Assembly: GCA_965153355.1 (NCBI GenBank)
Contig: OZ231126.1
Location: forward strand, 30,628,001 to 30,692,000
Reading direction: 5' to 3'
DNA from: Flaccisagitta enflata
Taxonomy: Eukaryota
Length of the DNA stretch: 64,000 nt
Position 1 is the first letter of the stretch, and every line of letters begins with the position of its first letter. The notes below the pieces were generated by a model that saw only the letters and a list, made by a program, of their open reading frames with translations, searched no databases and had not been told where the DNA came from. This document shows positions 26,399 through 37,601 of the stretch, in pieces. The position numbers and the translations under genes were made by a program.

Positions 26399-28823
26399 CA
26401 AGAAAAAAATCGAAGACAGTGAATGGCAAGGGATCGCGATTGGGGATTATCTTCACTTCCGGTCATGGACAACCAAACATCGGAACATAGGGTCTCAAAC
26501 TGAATTAAAACTACAAACAAATGAGGAACTGAAATTGCAGCACATTCTGTTTTTTTTTCTATTTCAAGTTGTTTGTTTCTTTTTTCTCTTTTCTTTTTCA
26601 TTGTTAATGATTTTCAACAGAATTTTAAAAAGAATGTGAAGTATATTCCGACCCTGCCCATGGGGTCCCGCGAGGCATTGGTAGCCTGTACTGAAATGAC
26701 TAAAACCAAATAAATCGAAATTCTACGAGCAATTCATGTTGTGGAGCTGTCTTGGGCTTCTATTGTCATCATTTTCAGCTTTAAAAGTTTACATCTTGGT
26801 TTCCACACCTTACCTTGAACTTCCCATGGGTCAATAGGAAAATAACAAGGCCAGTTACACGGCAATCCAGTCGCGGATAGTTGGGCAGGAGCAGCAATGC
26901 TAAAACCGCTCCGATTTCAAAAATGTGACGGACGGACGGACGAACGGACCTACCGACCTGCGACCTGCAAGCCGACGCGGCAGGTGGCAGAGTCGCGTGT
27001 CGCGACTAAAATTCAAAATTGCTCAATCAAATTTTGACTGCAGATTGAAATCTGCATGAAAAACTGTCTGTTGAAAGCGCTTTTCTTTTTTAGAAGCATC
27101 CTCACATCTCTATCAGAGGGTCTGTCTGTCTGTCTGTATGTCCACGCTAAAGATTTTTAAAGAAGGTAAGTTCAATGATTTTACAAAGAAATTAAAAGGA
27201 AAGGTAGGTTTCGCAATATTTGACAGCACTTTTGACCACCTTCTAATTGGAATATCAAAAAAAGGAAAACACTTTCAATTGACAGTTTTTTCTGCAGATT
27301 CCAAATCTGCAGTCAGAATTGAAATTTGAGAACTTTGAAATTTTGGATTTCCTATAGGGGTAGGGTTTATAGAAGGTAAGGCGCGGCCACCTAAAAGTAG
27401 AATTTCAAAGCCAATATTGATTTCAATAAAAGCCTGAGACAGTTCCACAACATGTTCTGCTCGTAGAATGTTCATATTATTGCTTTTTGTCATTTAGGTA
27501 CAGGCTAATACAGGGGTGTATATAGTTGCACCACCTTTGATTTTTTCCCCCCCTTGGTCCTTTCCCGCAAGGACAAATAACATTTGGTTTTCTTCCCCAA
27601 ATACCCCCTATATAGTAATATTTTGGTTTGAATAGCATAAAATAGTGTTGTAGTAACTAAATATTACATTTTAGTACTGTCATAAGTGTAAAATCTTCTA
27701 TATTCTTCATCTTTTCATTTTTCCACTATTTGATTTCCTTCTCCATTTCCAAATCCTTTGATTTTATTTCCCCCCCTGCGGGGGGGGGGGGGAATATGCA
27801 ACAATATACAAGCCAGCAACCATAACCTACTTAAGCAGGGCACGGTTACTGCTGACCATTTAACGCTTTTGCGACTATTGCAATTTAAATGCTCATGCAT
27901 TTTCTGACTCAAATATTTTGCATTCGTTTGGAGATATGGAAGGTCATCACTCTAGAATTCCTGTAAAAGCTCTACAAATTGCTTTCATGACAAATAGTGG
28001 CCATTTTTTAATCAGGGCGAACTCAAATCAATTATTCAGTGATTTGCAATTGACTATCATTCATCTTAGGGTCAATGAATGACATTTAATCAAAGTTGTG
28101 AAGATTTTTATTTTTTAGATAGTATAGAAAAGAGAAAAGAATTTAGCCCACCTAGCTAATCCAGTATAAAGCTAATGCAACATTTGCAAAATAAGTAAGA
28201 TGAATGGAAAGCAGACTGACTGAACGTAGAGATAACAACAAAACACAAAATTATTTGCTTACCAGCCTTGGAAGGAGCTGTGCCAAGTCAAATCTTGTAT
28301 GAAATCATTCATGATGGCTTGATTTCTTTGTAAAATGGCGCAAGGTTAGTTTTGTCTTTCTTTCACTTTCTTAACCAAATTGACTTGGACAGAGAAATAA
28401 AGTTTGATGAAAAGGAGACATGAGAAATGTTTATGTGATGCATGATAATACATTTTGGGAAATCACTTGGTATTCTAATGAATGTTGTATATCTTGTTAA
28501 ACGCTGGATATTCTCTTTGGTTGCCAATACAAATATTATCACTACACTGTGATTGGCTGTCAGATAGAAAGTAAGATTCTCGCTCTTGTTGCGTCATTTA
28601 AATCTTGCCTTTTTTTCTTTTTGTTGGTTACAAGCAAATGGTGAACAATAATTTGAATAGAGAGTGGAATAATACAACACAGTTATCAGAAGACAAACAA
28701 AGCTCACTGGTTTTAAAAAGTGCTCCATAAATATGAGTAGTAAACTAAATATTTCAATAACAAGGTGAATGCTTTTCTCCACCTCATAGATTCTTCCTTG
28801 GGGATTTAACCTTAATGGTTGTC

Positions 28824-31800
28824 TCAACATACTTTGCTTTTTTGGCCTATTTGAGGCCCACCAGATTTGCAATTGTGTTTTTCTTGCCAGAGTTGCTTGT
28901 GTACATGATCGGTTTTTTCTTGGACAGCTTGAACATTCCTGAGAAAAAGAGGGTCATTTTGGCCAGGCTGCTTTTGCAGATGAAACTTCTCTTTTTTGAT
29001 GTTTTTGCCGTGTTGGTCATGCTGGTCAGGTTGCTTTTGCAGATGAGAATTCTCTTCTGTGATATTTCGGCTAGGATGGTTATGCTGACCTGGTTCCTCC
29101 CGCAGACGAATTCCCTCTTTTGTGATGTTTCTGCCATGTTGGTCATGCTGACCCAGCTGCTCTTGCAGATTAACCTCCTCTTTTGTAACATTTTGGTCAT
29201 GTTGGTCATGCTGACCCAGCTGCTCTTGCAGATTAACCTCCTCTTTTGTAACATTTTGGCCATGCTGGTCATGCTGACCCAGCTGCTCTCGCAGATTATA
29301 CTCCTCTTTTGTATTATTTTGGCCATGCTGGTCATGCTGACCTGATTTCTCTTGCAGATAAAACTCCTCTGTTGTTTTACTTTGGCAGTGTAAGTCTGAA
29401 ACTTTTTTCAGGTTTTCCTTCTTTTCATGGACCATATCGAGAATTTCTACAAACTCTGCATGACCTGGAATGAACACTTTTTTCAATTCTGAATTGCCAT
29501 TATTGTCATCATTTGTTGACAGTTCCTTGGAGGATTTTTGCTCTTTTTCTCCTGTATCATTCTCAAGCATATATTTGAATTCATACCAGGTAACTGTATT
29601 TTGCATGACATGGATGCAAAAATCGATAACAGCAAAATACCCAATGAACATAAAGAGCCAAATGAGGTTGTCAGTCTCAAAGCGTGTATTGTAAAATTGG
29701 CAGTCGCCATATTTACATAGTCTTTGCCTGTCTTCAGCATTGAGTTTTGCAGGCAATACTCGATATTGAGGATACTTCAGCTTTACGGCCTTATCCCAAC
29801 TTTCAGTTGGCGATGAGTAGTACAATATTTTTTTTGATTCGTCAACTGGCAAGAATGTTATTTGATTTTGTGAAACATCCTGCAGACAACCATTGGCATT
29901 ATAAAGCTCATTTGTGGCAAAGACATATGAAAGAAAGATAATGCCTGTAAGCATTCCAAGGCAATGCCATACCAAGTAAGCAATCCTTTGTTTTGCTTTC
30001 CCAACTGACTGGCTGATGTAGTAAGGAGATATCAGACGAAACAAGCTTAAGATAGGCATGAACAAAGCAATCTTTGTGTAAATCATTTTATGCATTTTAT
30101 GCAACAAGTGATGCCCATAGAGTGTGAATAGACTTGAACTAGACAGGACCCACAATGCACACAACATTTTCGCCACCTGGAAATACCATTTCAGCAGTAC
30201 AGGATTGATGTTTTGTGTGAGGTTCCAGCTAAGGACCAGCAAACTCTTGGTAAACTGAAACAATGGAATTGCAAAAGAAAGCCAAGAAGGGTATGAAAAA
30301 CAATCCGCAACACTGCAACCATTGATAGATCCACTAAGGACATCTGGGAAGCAAAATTGATCACCTGATTCCCACTTTTTGCAGATACATTTGGTGTTGT
30401 CCTTGACGTTTAATACATACTTCAGGACCTTGATACTCACAGACTCATCACGTGAGTATGATGTAAATTTGGTGCTTTTGTCCCATTTCAAAGAGTTGAA
30501 TGAATCAGGCAGACAAATAGAGTTCATTCCAAACGAAATAGAAATGATGTAGGCATTGAGGAACAGCATGACAAAATCCCGAATTGATTGACTCAGTTTA
30601 GCCTTTGATAAGGACTTTTGAACAGCTTGAGACATTGTGATAGTGTCTTGAACTTTTAATTCCAATCGAGATATCACCTCCTTGTCAAGAGAAGCATCTA
30701 CATCTTTGTTGATTTGGTTTTGTTTTGAGTACAAGATTGGGATAGTTTGATTACATATTGCACAAACTTGGTTCCAAAATGTGAGAGTAATTCTCTGGCT
30801 GTAACAAACATGATACAATACACCCAGTCTGAAACAGTAGTCAACGACTAAGGCAATCAATGATGTCAATCCCCATAAAACATTTTCCTGCAAAAAATAT
30901 GAAAATGTGGATACAACCTCAATAAGGCCAAGCTGCAAAATGAATGTAACACCTTTTTTGATAATGTTCCAAAAATTCTTGCAATGTTGCATGGCTTGGT
31001 GATTGCATGCAGGTTTTGTATGTGTATACCAAAGCTTGATGCGCTCATGCAAAGCACACAACCTTTTTGTTGTATCCATGGTACGCCTAGTGGTTTTTTC
31101 ACAATTTTCCTTGCTCTTCCTGGGGATTTTGGATTTTGCCTTGAACAGCTTTGACAGAGACTGCATGCAAATAAGCAGAGTGAGTGAGGAGAATAGACCC
31201 ATTAATACACGTTGACAAAGTATTCTGGGACAAACCACAAATTTTTCAACTTGCTTGTTACCATAAGTCAGCACTTGCAGTTTTCCTGGAGTGGATTTTG
31301 CTGTTAGTTCTAATCCCTTCGGCTCATCATGAATGAACTCACCGTTCATACGCCATGCAGACTTTTTGCCTACTGCCTCTTCAGGAATGTCAACATATAC
31401 AGTTTTTCCATATGAATATTCATCCAAAAAATTTATCTGTTGACTGTCCCTAATGAAATAAGAACCTTCTCCGTCGGACATTTCAGCTTCACATTTCACA
31501 ATAGCATTGTCATCATCAATTTTGTTCACCTCTTTAGCAATAGTTGCGTTTCCTTGAATAGGTGTGGTTCTGTTATTTTTTGTCATTGTGAATTTATATT
31601 GTTTGGCTTTTTTTCCAAAGTCACAGTGAAGCTCTAACTTTCCAAATGGGCCAAGGAAATTGGTTTTTCCTCTTAGACCAAAAATGTTATGATCAAAATT
31701 GTTACACATTTCGCCTTCAAATCCTTTATCACAGATACAATAATAAGATACAAATATACCTTGGATGTCATCTTCACATTTTCCCATTGGAGAGCATGAC

Positions 31801-32384
31801 GTGGAGTGACATAATCTATCTTTTATTGTCACTTTTGATACATCCTTCACCTTCACTTCTTTGTTACCCTCAGATTTGACTGTAAAAGTTACAGAATATT
31901 CACCACTTTGATACTTGCTCACATTTTTTAACCTAAGTGATGATAAGAGATTTCCTGACATTTTGTTACATTCTGTGTGTTTGGTCAACTTAATCACTTT
32001 TTTCCCTTGTCCTTTGAATTCCCATTCGCAATCAAAGGTATTGCGAGGATGAATTTTCACTCTGTAGTTTAGTTGAATTGTTGAGTCTGGAAGTACTGAC
32101 ATATTTTCTGGTCTTGAGACGATATCAAATTCAATAACATGGAGCTTAATCCTGGAGTGATAAGGACCATTTTCACAATGGTATTCTCCAGAATCATCAT
32201 GATTTGCAGCTGGAAACTCCAGTGTAGGATTGTCTTGCCCATGCAACGTAACACCTGATTTCTTCCATTTGATTACATGATGGACTGAATCATGTTTGTT
32301 GCAGTGTAAAGTGATGGCAGACCCCGCAGAAATTGTTACACTGTCCAACTCTGAATTGGAATTGGAGCACATATGCACAATATG
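28824..32384 (-). CDS. Multidomain membrane protein (at least 1184 aa): Ig, Ig, EGF, Ig, probable degenerate Ig, TM helix, XK-related-like multi-pass domain, repetitive tail; 5' end unresolved
   Basis: Stop-free 3.55-kb non-repetitive ORF. Ig1: C26..W38..DSGEYHC68. Ig2: W119..SGEYSV, lacking the canonical Cys. EGF: C190-x4-C-x5-C-x12-C-x-C-x8-C225 with GFEGEMC. Ig3: LHC252..VKC296. Hydrophobic helix at aa ~391-409, then about 8 hydrophobic segments at aa ~475-930. A TAG acceptor-like site lies at 32385-32387. Confidence 0.9.
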   Translation of the reverse strand, partial: HIVHMCSNSNSELDSVTISAGSAITLHCNKHDSVHHVIKWKKSGVTLHGQDNPTLEFPAANHDDSGEYHCENGPYHSRIKLHVIEFDIVSRPENMSVLPDSTIQLNYRVKIHPRNTFDCEWEFKGQGKKVIKLTKHTECNKMSGNLLSSLRLKNVSKYQSGEYSVTFTVKSEGNKEVKVKDVSKVTIKDRLCHSTSCSPMGKCEDDIQGIFVSYYCICDKGFEGEMCNNFDHNIFGLRGKTNFLGPFGKLELHCDFGKKAKQYKFTMTKNNRTTPIQGNATIAKEVNKIDDDNAIVKCEAEMSDGEGSYFIRDSQQINFLDEYSYGKTVYVDIPEEAVGKKSAWRMNGEFIHDEPKGLELTAKSTPGKLQVLTYGNKQVEKFVVCPRILCQRVLMGLFSSLTLLICMQSLSKLFKAKSKIPRKSKENCEKTTRRTMDTTKRLCALHERIKLWYTHTKPACNHQAMQHCKNFWNIIKKGVTFILQLGLIEVVSTFSYFLQENVLWGLTSLIALVVDYCFRLGVLYHVCYSQRITLTFWNQVCAICNQTIPILYSKQNQINKDVDASLDKEVISRLELKVQDTITMSQAVQKSLSKAKLSQSIRDFVMLFLNAYIISISFGMNSICLPDSFNSLKWDKSTKFTSYSRDESVSIKVLKYVLNVKDNTKCICKKWESGDQFCFPDVLSGSINGCSVADCFSYPSWLSFAIPLFQFTKSLLVLSWNLTQNINPVLLKWYFQVAKMLCALWVLSSSSLFTLYGHHLLHKMHKMIYTKIALFMPILSLFRLISPYYISQSVGKAKQRIAYLVWHCLGMLTGIIFLSYVFATNELYNANGCLQDVSQNQITFLPVDESKKILYYSSPTESWDKAVKLKYPQYRVLPAKLNAEDRQRLCKYGDCQFYNTRFETDNLIWLFMFIGYFAVIDFCIHVMQNTVTWYEFKYMLENDTGEKEQKSSKELSTNDDNNGNSELKKVFIPGHAEFVEILDMVHEKKENLKKVSDLHCQSKTTEEFYLQEKSGQHDQHGQNNTKEEYNLREQLGQHDQHGQNVTKEEVNLQEQLGQHDQHDQNVTKEEVNLQEQLGQHDQHGRNITKEGIRLREEPGQHNHPSRNITEENSHLQKQPDQHDQHGKNIKKEKFHLQKQPGQNDPLFLRNVQAVQEKTDHVHKQLWQEKHNCKSGGPQIGQKSKVC
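28953..29372 (-). repeat. Coding minisatellite, 63 bp / 21 aa, about 7 copies (GQHDQHGQNVTKEEVNLQEQL)
   Basis: The GQHDQH-like motif recurs at aa 1013, 1034, 1055, 1076, 1097, 1118 and 1139. Confidence 0.92.
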
Positions 32385-32402
32385 CTATATTTAGATGTTG
32401 TA

Positions 32403-32965
32403 CAGTAGATATCATCTAGACTTGGAAATACGGGGGAATTCATGAAAGAAAAACAAATAAACCTAAGAGACTGATATTTGGAATAGGAACTAATTAAAAG
32501 ATGCTTCATTGACGATGGGCGTTGGTTGCCATGGAAACACATTTTCATGTATTCCTGCTAAAATATCAATATTTTGAGCAATTTGTTGAGGGAACATTAC
32601 TAAAATTGAAATTTGCTACAACTTTCCCACAGTATGTTCTGTAAGAATATTGCTCATTTGGCGGTTGCTAGGGAGCATCACAGGGTTGTCACGCATAGTT
32701 ACACTCCCTAAACAAGCAATATTCTTACAGGACATACTGTGGGAAAGTTGTAGCAAATTTTATTTTAAACAGTTTTCCTTTTAAGAAATTCTCGAAATAT
32801 TGATATCTTAGCGGGATACGTGGAAATATGTTTCCATGGCAACCAATACCCATCATCAATAAAACATCCTTTTGTAAGTCTATATTCTAGATATCAGTTC
32901 TTTATGTTTATCTGCCTTCCCGATATGAATTCCCCCATATTTCCAAATCTAGACAACATCTACTG
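32403..32965. mobile_element. Tc1/mariner-type foldback MITE, TA TSD
   Basis: TA|CAGTAGATATCATCTAGACTTGGAAATACGGGGGAATTCAT ... ATGAATTCCCCCATATTTCCAAATCTAGACAACATCTACTG|TA; the element is near-palindromic throughout. Another right TIR of this family lies at about 8890-8926. Confidence 0.9.
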
Positions 32966-33065
32966 TACAGTCAAGTACACTGAAGCACACTTACTATTAT
33001 AGCATGCCCAATACGCTGAGGAGAATACACTTCATTTCATGCTGGGACACAAAGGAGGGCCTATA

Positions 33066-33615
33066 CAGTCAGTGGACAAAACGATAAATGTAGATATATC
33101 AACATGATAAAATAACTCACCTGATAAAGATATTTTATTATTGAGAGATATTTCAGTAAACTGCAACATCTCAACGCAGTGAAATCAGAAAATCTCAGTA
33201 GGATGAAATATCTCAGTGGGGTGAAATATCTCAATATGCTGAAATATTTTAATCAAATGAAACAAGGATATCATTTTATCTTACACCACCTTATAATTAT
33301 TTTAATCAGATATAAAATTATCAACTGACAAAAACATGCACTTTATTCTATAATCTGAATGGTTTCAATTGTAAAAGTTTTCAATGATAGAATGTCATGA
33401 TTTCATTTTGTTGAGAAATTTCACTCTGCTGAGATATTTCACTCTGCTGACATATTTCATCCCGCTGAAATATTTCATCCTGCTAAGATTATCTGATTAC
33501 ACCCCGCTGAAATATTGCAGTCTATTGAAATGTCTCTTCAAAAAAAAATATCTTTATCATGTGACATATCTCATGGTGTTGATATATCTACATATATGGT
33601 TTTGTCCACTGACTG
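33066..33615. mobile_element. Tc1/mariner-type MITE, TA TSD
   Basis: TA|CAGTCAGTGGACAAAAC...TGTAGATATATCAACA pairs with TGTTGATATATCTACA...GTTTTGTCCACTGACTG|TA. Confidence 0.9.
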
Positions 33616-33659
33616 TATATTTTTTTTTTTGATATAGGAAATGTATTCTAAAAAATTCA

Positions 33660-34040
33660 GCATTAAGGATGTTCTCATTCATTCATCATATTGTACCTGA
33701 AAAATAGCTCTGTTGGAAAATTCTAAGTCCTCATGAAAAACTCTGAATGGGTGGAGATTTTCATTTCTTTTAATTGAACACCTTTTAAATCACAAAAAAG
33801 AAAAACTACTCAAAAGGTTTTCTTAAAATGTCATTTTTTTTCAGTTTTTTTTTTTTTTTTTTCATTTGAAAGCTTAAAATAAAATTTTTGGATATATAGA
33901 AAATCTAGAACCTCATACAATTTTTTACAAGAAATCTAAATCTGGCCTCAGATATGAGAAAAAATGATTTTAAAATCTTTTTAAGGGTTAGCCATTTTTC
34001 AGGTACAATATGATGAATGAATGAGAATATCCATAGTTTT
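33660..34040. mobile_element. Foldback MITE
   Basis: TTCTCATTCATTCATCATATTGTACCTGAAAAAT is mirrored by ATTTTTCAGGTACAATATGATGAATGAATGAGAA. Confidence 0.75.
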
Positions 34041-34482
34041 GAAACATTTAGAAAACATTCATAACATCAAAACCAGACAAGGCCGGATACACGGCAAGAG
34101 AGTTGCAGACGGTTGGGCAGGGGCCCACATCCTTCAACTGGAACCCTGGAGTCATTTTTTCAAAGACTACTGTTCTTTCTTTGGATCTGTGTGAATCGAG
34201 TTATATGAAGCTAAAACCACTTGAAAACAAATATTCTACTGGCAGATTTTTGATTATTTTCCATTTTTACATGGATGGGTGGAACAGGCCAATTTCAGCA
34301 TTTCCCATCAGACAAGGTAATTTCTTAAGCTTCTATCTCCTAAACAAATTGAGCAAATGACCTCAACTTGGACTGATTTCAAAGTGCAGACACAGCTCTT
34401 TAAAATGAGCAGGTATGCTTGTATGCATGTTTTTTTTGTATTGCATGCTCAGACATGCAATATGTATATATTTTTAATGATA

Positions 34483-36009
34483 ACCTTGGCGTCATAAAAA
34501 ATGGCGGATTTTTAAAACCTATTTCAACCATTTTAATTTAAGAGAAACTAAGAAAAATTGGTGATGGTTGGAAAGCTCTTTGAAAGATCTTTCATTTGAG
34601 TGGTGTCTGGACATAGTAGCTCAAACCATTTAGAAATTACAGTGATTCAAAGAAAACCTCTATTTTTTTACCCTTACGGTGTGTCATTAAAAAAAGTCTG
34701 CTAATAATTTCATTATTACCAAAATGATAGACGATTTTGTCAGTGATTTTGTCAGTGATGTCTAAATTGTGTGTCTACTGATACTGGTTCAATTTTTGTG
34801 AGAATTGGAAATTTTTTACTTTATGGTTTTTGCATGTTCCTTTACTAACCCCCATCCAAATTCTTGAAAAATGATGCAATTTCAAAAAAACTTGTTTATT
34901 TCTGAATTATTTGAGCTCACACCCAGTTTACTTCTTTGGGAGAGGGCCCTAAAAATAGAACTTTGAAAGCACTCTAAAACTGTCATAGATTTTACACAGT
35001 TTTAACCATATATTCATGAACAAAACGCTCAATAAAATCCAATCACTGATTCTTTCAAACCACAGTTTTGCTCAACATTAATATCTTTCATGTAGCGAAA
35101 ATGATAGTAAGGGTTGTCGATTTGGATGAAATTTTAGGAGCTGTTAAAAGCAGGTATGTTGTACCACCATATCAAATTTTACCTTAATCAGATAAGGTTA
35201 AGTATGGTTTTTAAGAGATTATGTTTAAGTTATGATCGCTGACCGTAAGGGTGAAAAAAGAGCAGTGTTTTTCAAATTGATGTACAGTAGGGTTCGTGGA
35301 ATAACAGCCTAAACTGGAGGAAGGTATTCAAGTGTCTTAATTTCATTTGACAAACTTAGATATTTTGAGAAATATAAGTTGTTTACTTACTTTTGTCCCT
35401 GAGTTTTCAGTTGCTATGGAAACCAAAATCATTTTTCAAACATTTATAACCGCTAGATATCAATATTCTGAGAAATATTGTCAGGGAACATTGCTCAAAA
35501 TCAAATTTGCTACAACTTTCCTATAGTATGTTCCGTAAGAATATTGCTCGTTTGGCCGTTACTGGGGCATCACACCTAGCAACCGCTAAATGATCTCTTA
35601 ACAACAGCTAAACGACGATATTCTTTGGGATATGCTGTAGAAGAGTTGGCAAATTCTGAGCAATGTTCATAATGTTTGTCAAAATATTGATATTCTAGAT
35701 TTGTATAAATGTTCAATAATTTTGGTTTCATAACATTTTCTAAAACTCAGAACCAAAAGCAGCTCAGACAACTGTATTCTAAACTCAAAGGAGTTGCCAA
35801 AATAAAGATTAATTTCATGTCCTCAGTTTAGGCGATATTCCACAGGCCTGTATTCTAAACCATTTGGCGACAGTGTGTTGGGACACAACTCAAATGAAAG
35901 ATCTTTTGAAAAACTTTTCTAGACATCACCAATTTTCTGTAGTTTCTCTCCAAATTAATTTTTGTTAAAATAGGTTTTAAAAAATCACCATTTTTTATGA
36001 CGCCAAGGT
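34483..36009. mobile_element. Foldback element with long TIRs and a nested ~580-bp insertion (34671-35250)
   Basis: TA|ACCTTGGCGTCATAAAAAATGG ... CCATTTTTTATGACGCCAAGGT|TA. The inner element has ends CCCTTACGGT / ACCGTAAGGG. Confidence 0.8.
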
Positions 36010-36273
36010 TAGCACCTATGCTGCTTTTACAGTATGTTTTTTTTCGTTTGTAACGTTACACAACAACATTGCTCAGCTCCCTGGCATGCAAACTACTTCG
36101 GCAATGGCTCATTTTGTAGATAATAAGTAGGCATTTTATTTTTTTTGAAGTCTTGGACTTTTTGACAAAAACCTGACCTCTGCCATAGGTAGGAAAGCAT
36201 TGGACAAAACAGGTAAAAAAGGCCATTATTTCTGGTTTTCCATGGAATATTTCTTCTTCAAGTGGCTCTATTA

Positions 36274-36804
36274 CAGGGTGTTTCACACCAAATGATATAT
36301 ATGAAAACGATGCCATTCTGTTTTTAAAAATCATGAAACAATTCTGAAAATAGATTCATACAGCACTTAAACTCTGATTTTTTATGTAAAAATTTCATTG
36401 GTCTGGGTCAAGTAGTTTGGCCTCAACAAAGATTTGAAAAAAAAAGAACATTTTCAATCGAGGTTTTTTCCTATTAGAATTTTCTTTAAATCATCTCATT
36501 TTCCTAAACAGTTGGAGCTACAGATGCCAGATTAGACTCAAATGAAAGAAAATTTGAAAATCTTTAATTTGAGACCAATTTCCACGTCTGGCTCCAACAA
36601 ATGAGCTGTTTAGAAAAATTCTAGAATAGAAAAGGCATGATTGAAAATGTTCTTTTTCAGGTGCTGTTAGGCAAACAAAAGCGGGCCCCAGACAACTGCA
36701 TCTGGAGTTTGCATTTACATGAATCTATTTTCAGAATTGTTTCATTATTTTTAAAAGAAGAATGACATCGTTTTCTTATATATCGATTGGTGTGAAACAC
36801 CCTG
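36274..36804. mobile_element. Tc1/mariner-type MITE, TA TSD
   Basis: TA|CAGGGTGTTTCACACCAA ... TTGGTGTGAAACACCCTG|TA. Confidence 0.88.
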
Positions 36805-37534
36805 TATCTGAGCGGATTGAGCAATAGGTGCCAGGTTGGTCCCAAACTAAAGCTAATTAAGACCAGTTTTAAGAAAAATTAAAAAAGAAGCACTATACAA
36901 AAGAAAATCACACCAAGAATGCAAGAAATTGTCTCTTTTAAAAAGATTTGGCTCAAGAATTGACTCCCAACTCATAGAACTTACTTAGGATATCGACAAT
37001 ATACTTGAATTCAAATAATCCCAAAAACTACTTCAAAATACCTTCCATTAAGACCTATGATCTTTTATCGCAACATCATGAAGAATACTCATCGTCTGTA
37101 TCACAATCTGAAACTAAACAGCGTAAAACGGAAGAAGCGTTGAAGCGTTAAAACTGCTCTTAATCGCTTTCGACCTGCTAGAGTCATCGAGAACTTCTGT
37201 TTCTTTAATTTTTCATGAGCGAATTTTATTTTATTTTGAGCTGAGGGCGGGTCCCATCAGAAGACTCTTGTCCATTGAATACAAAAAGACGAGACAGGTA
37301 AGATCATTTATACTTGGAGACTTTTTTGTGCCGCGCGGGCTCTTTTTGGTTGCAACGAAAATAAAAAGCATTGGGGTGGTTTTTGACACTGTTTCGATTT
37401 ATCTATGTATCTAATTGATGTATCAATCTCAATACGGATACGACCGCTGTTTAAGGGACCCACCGCACACCTTTTTGAATGCGCGGAAACACTTTTAAGA
37501 ATAAAGAGAGATTAAAAAAATTAGAGAGAGAAAT

Positions 37535-37601
<67 letters not shown>

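Noticed and set aside
25513-26688. hAT-like element possibly capturing an exon (about 26403-26560)
   Set aside because: The TIRs are only partly matched, there is no TSD, and the peptide is not recognisable.
28815-29345. Hydrophobic 176-aa plus-strand ORF
   Set aside because: It is the antisense shadow of the 63-bp coding repeat in the long minus-strand ORF.
31150-32378. Neuregulin/vein orthologue (Ig + EGF)
   Set aside because: The EGF is followed by further Ig-like domains and a multi-pass region, and it lacks the Arg before the sixth Cys (GxRC) typical of ErbB ligands.
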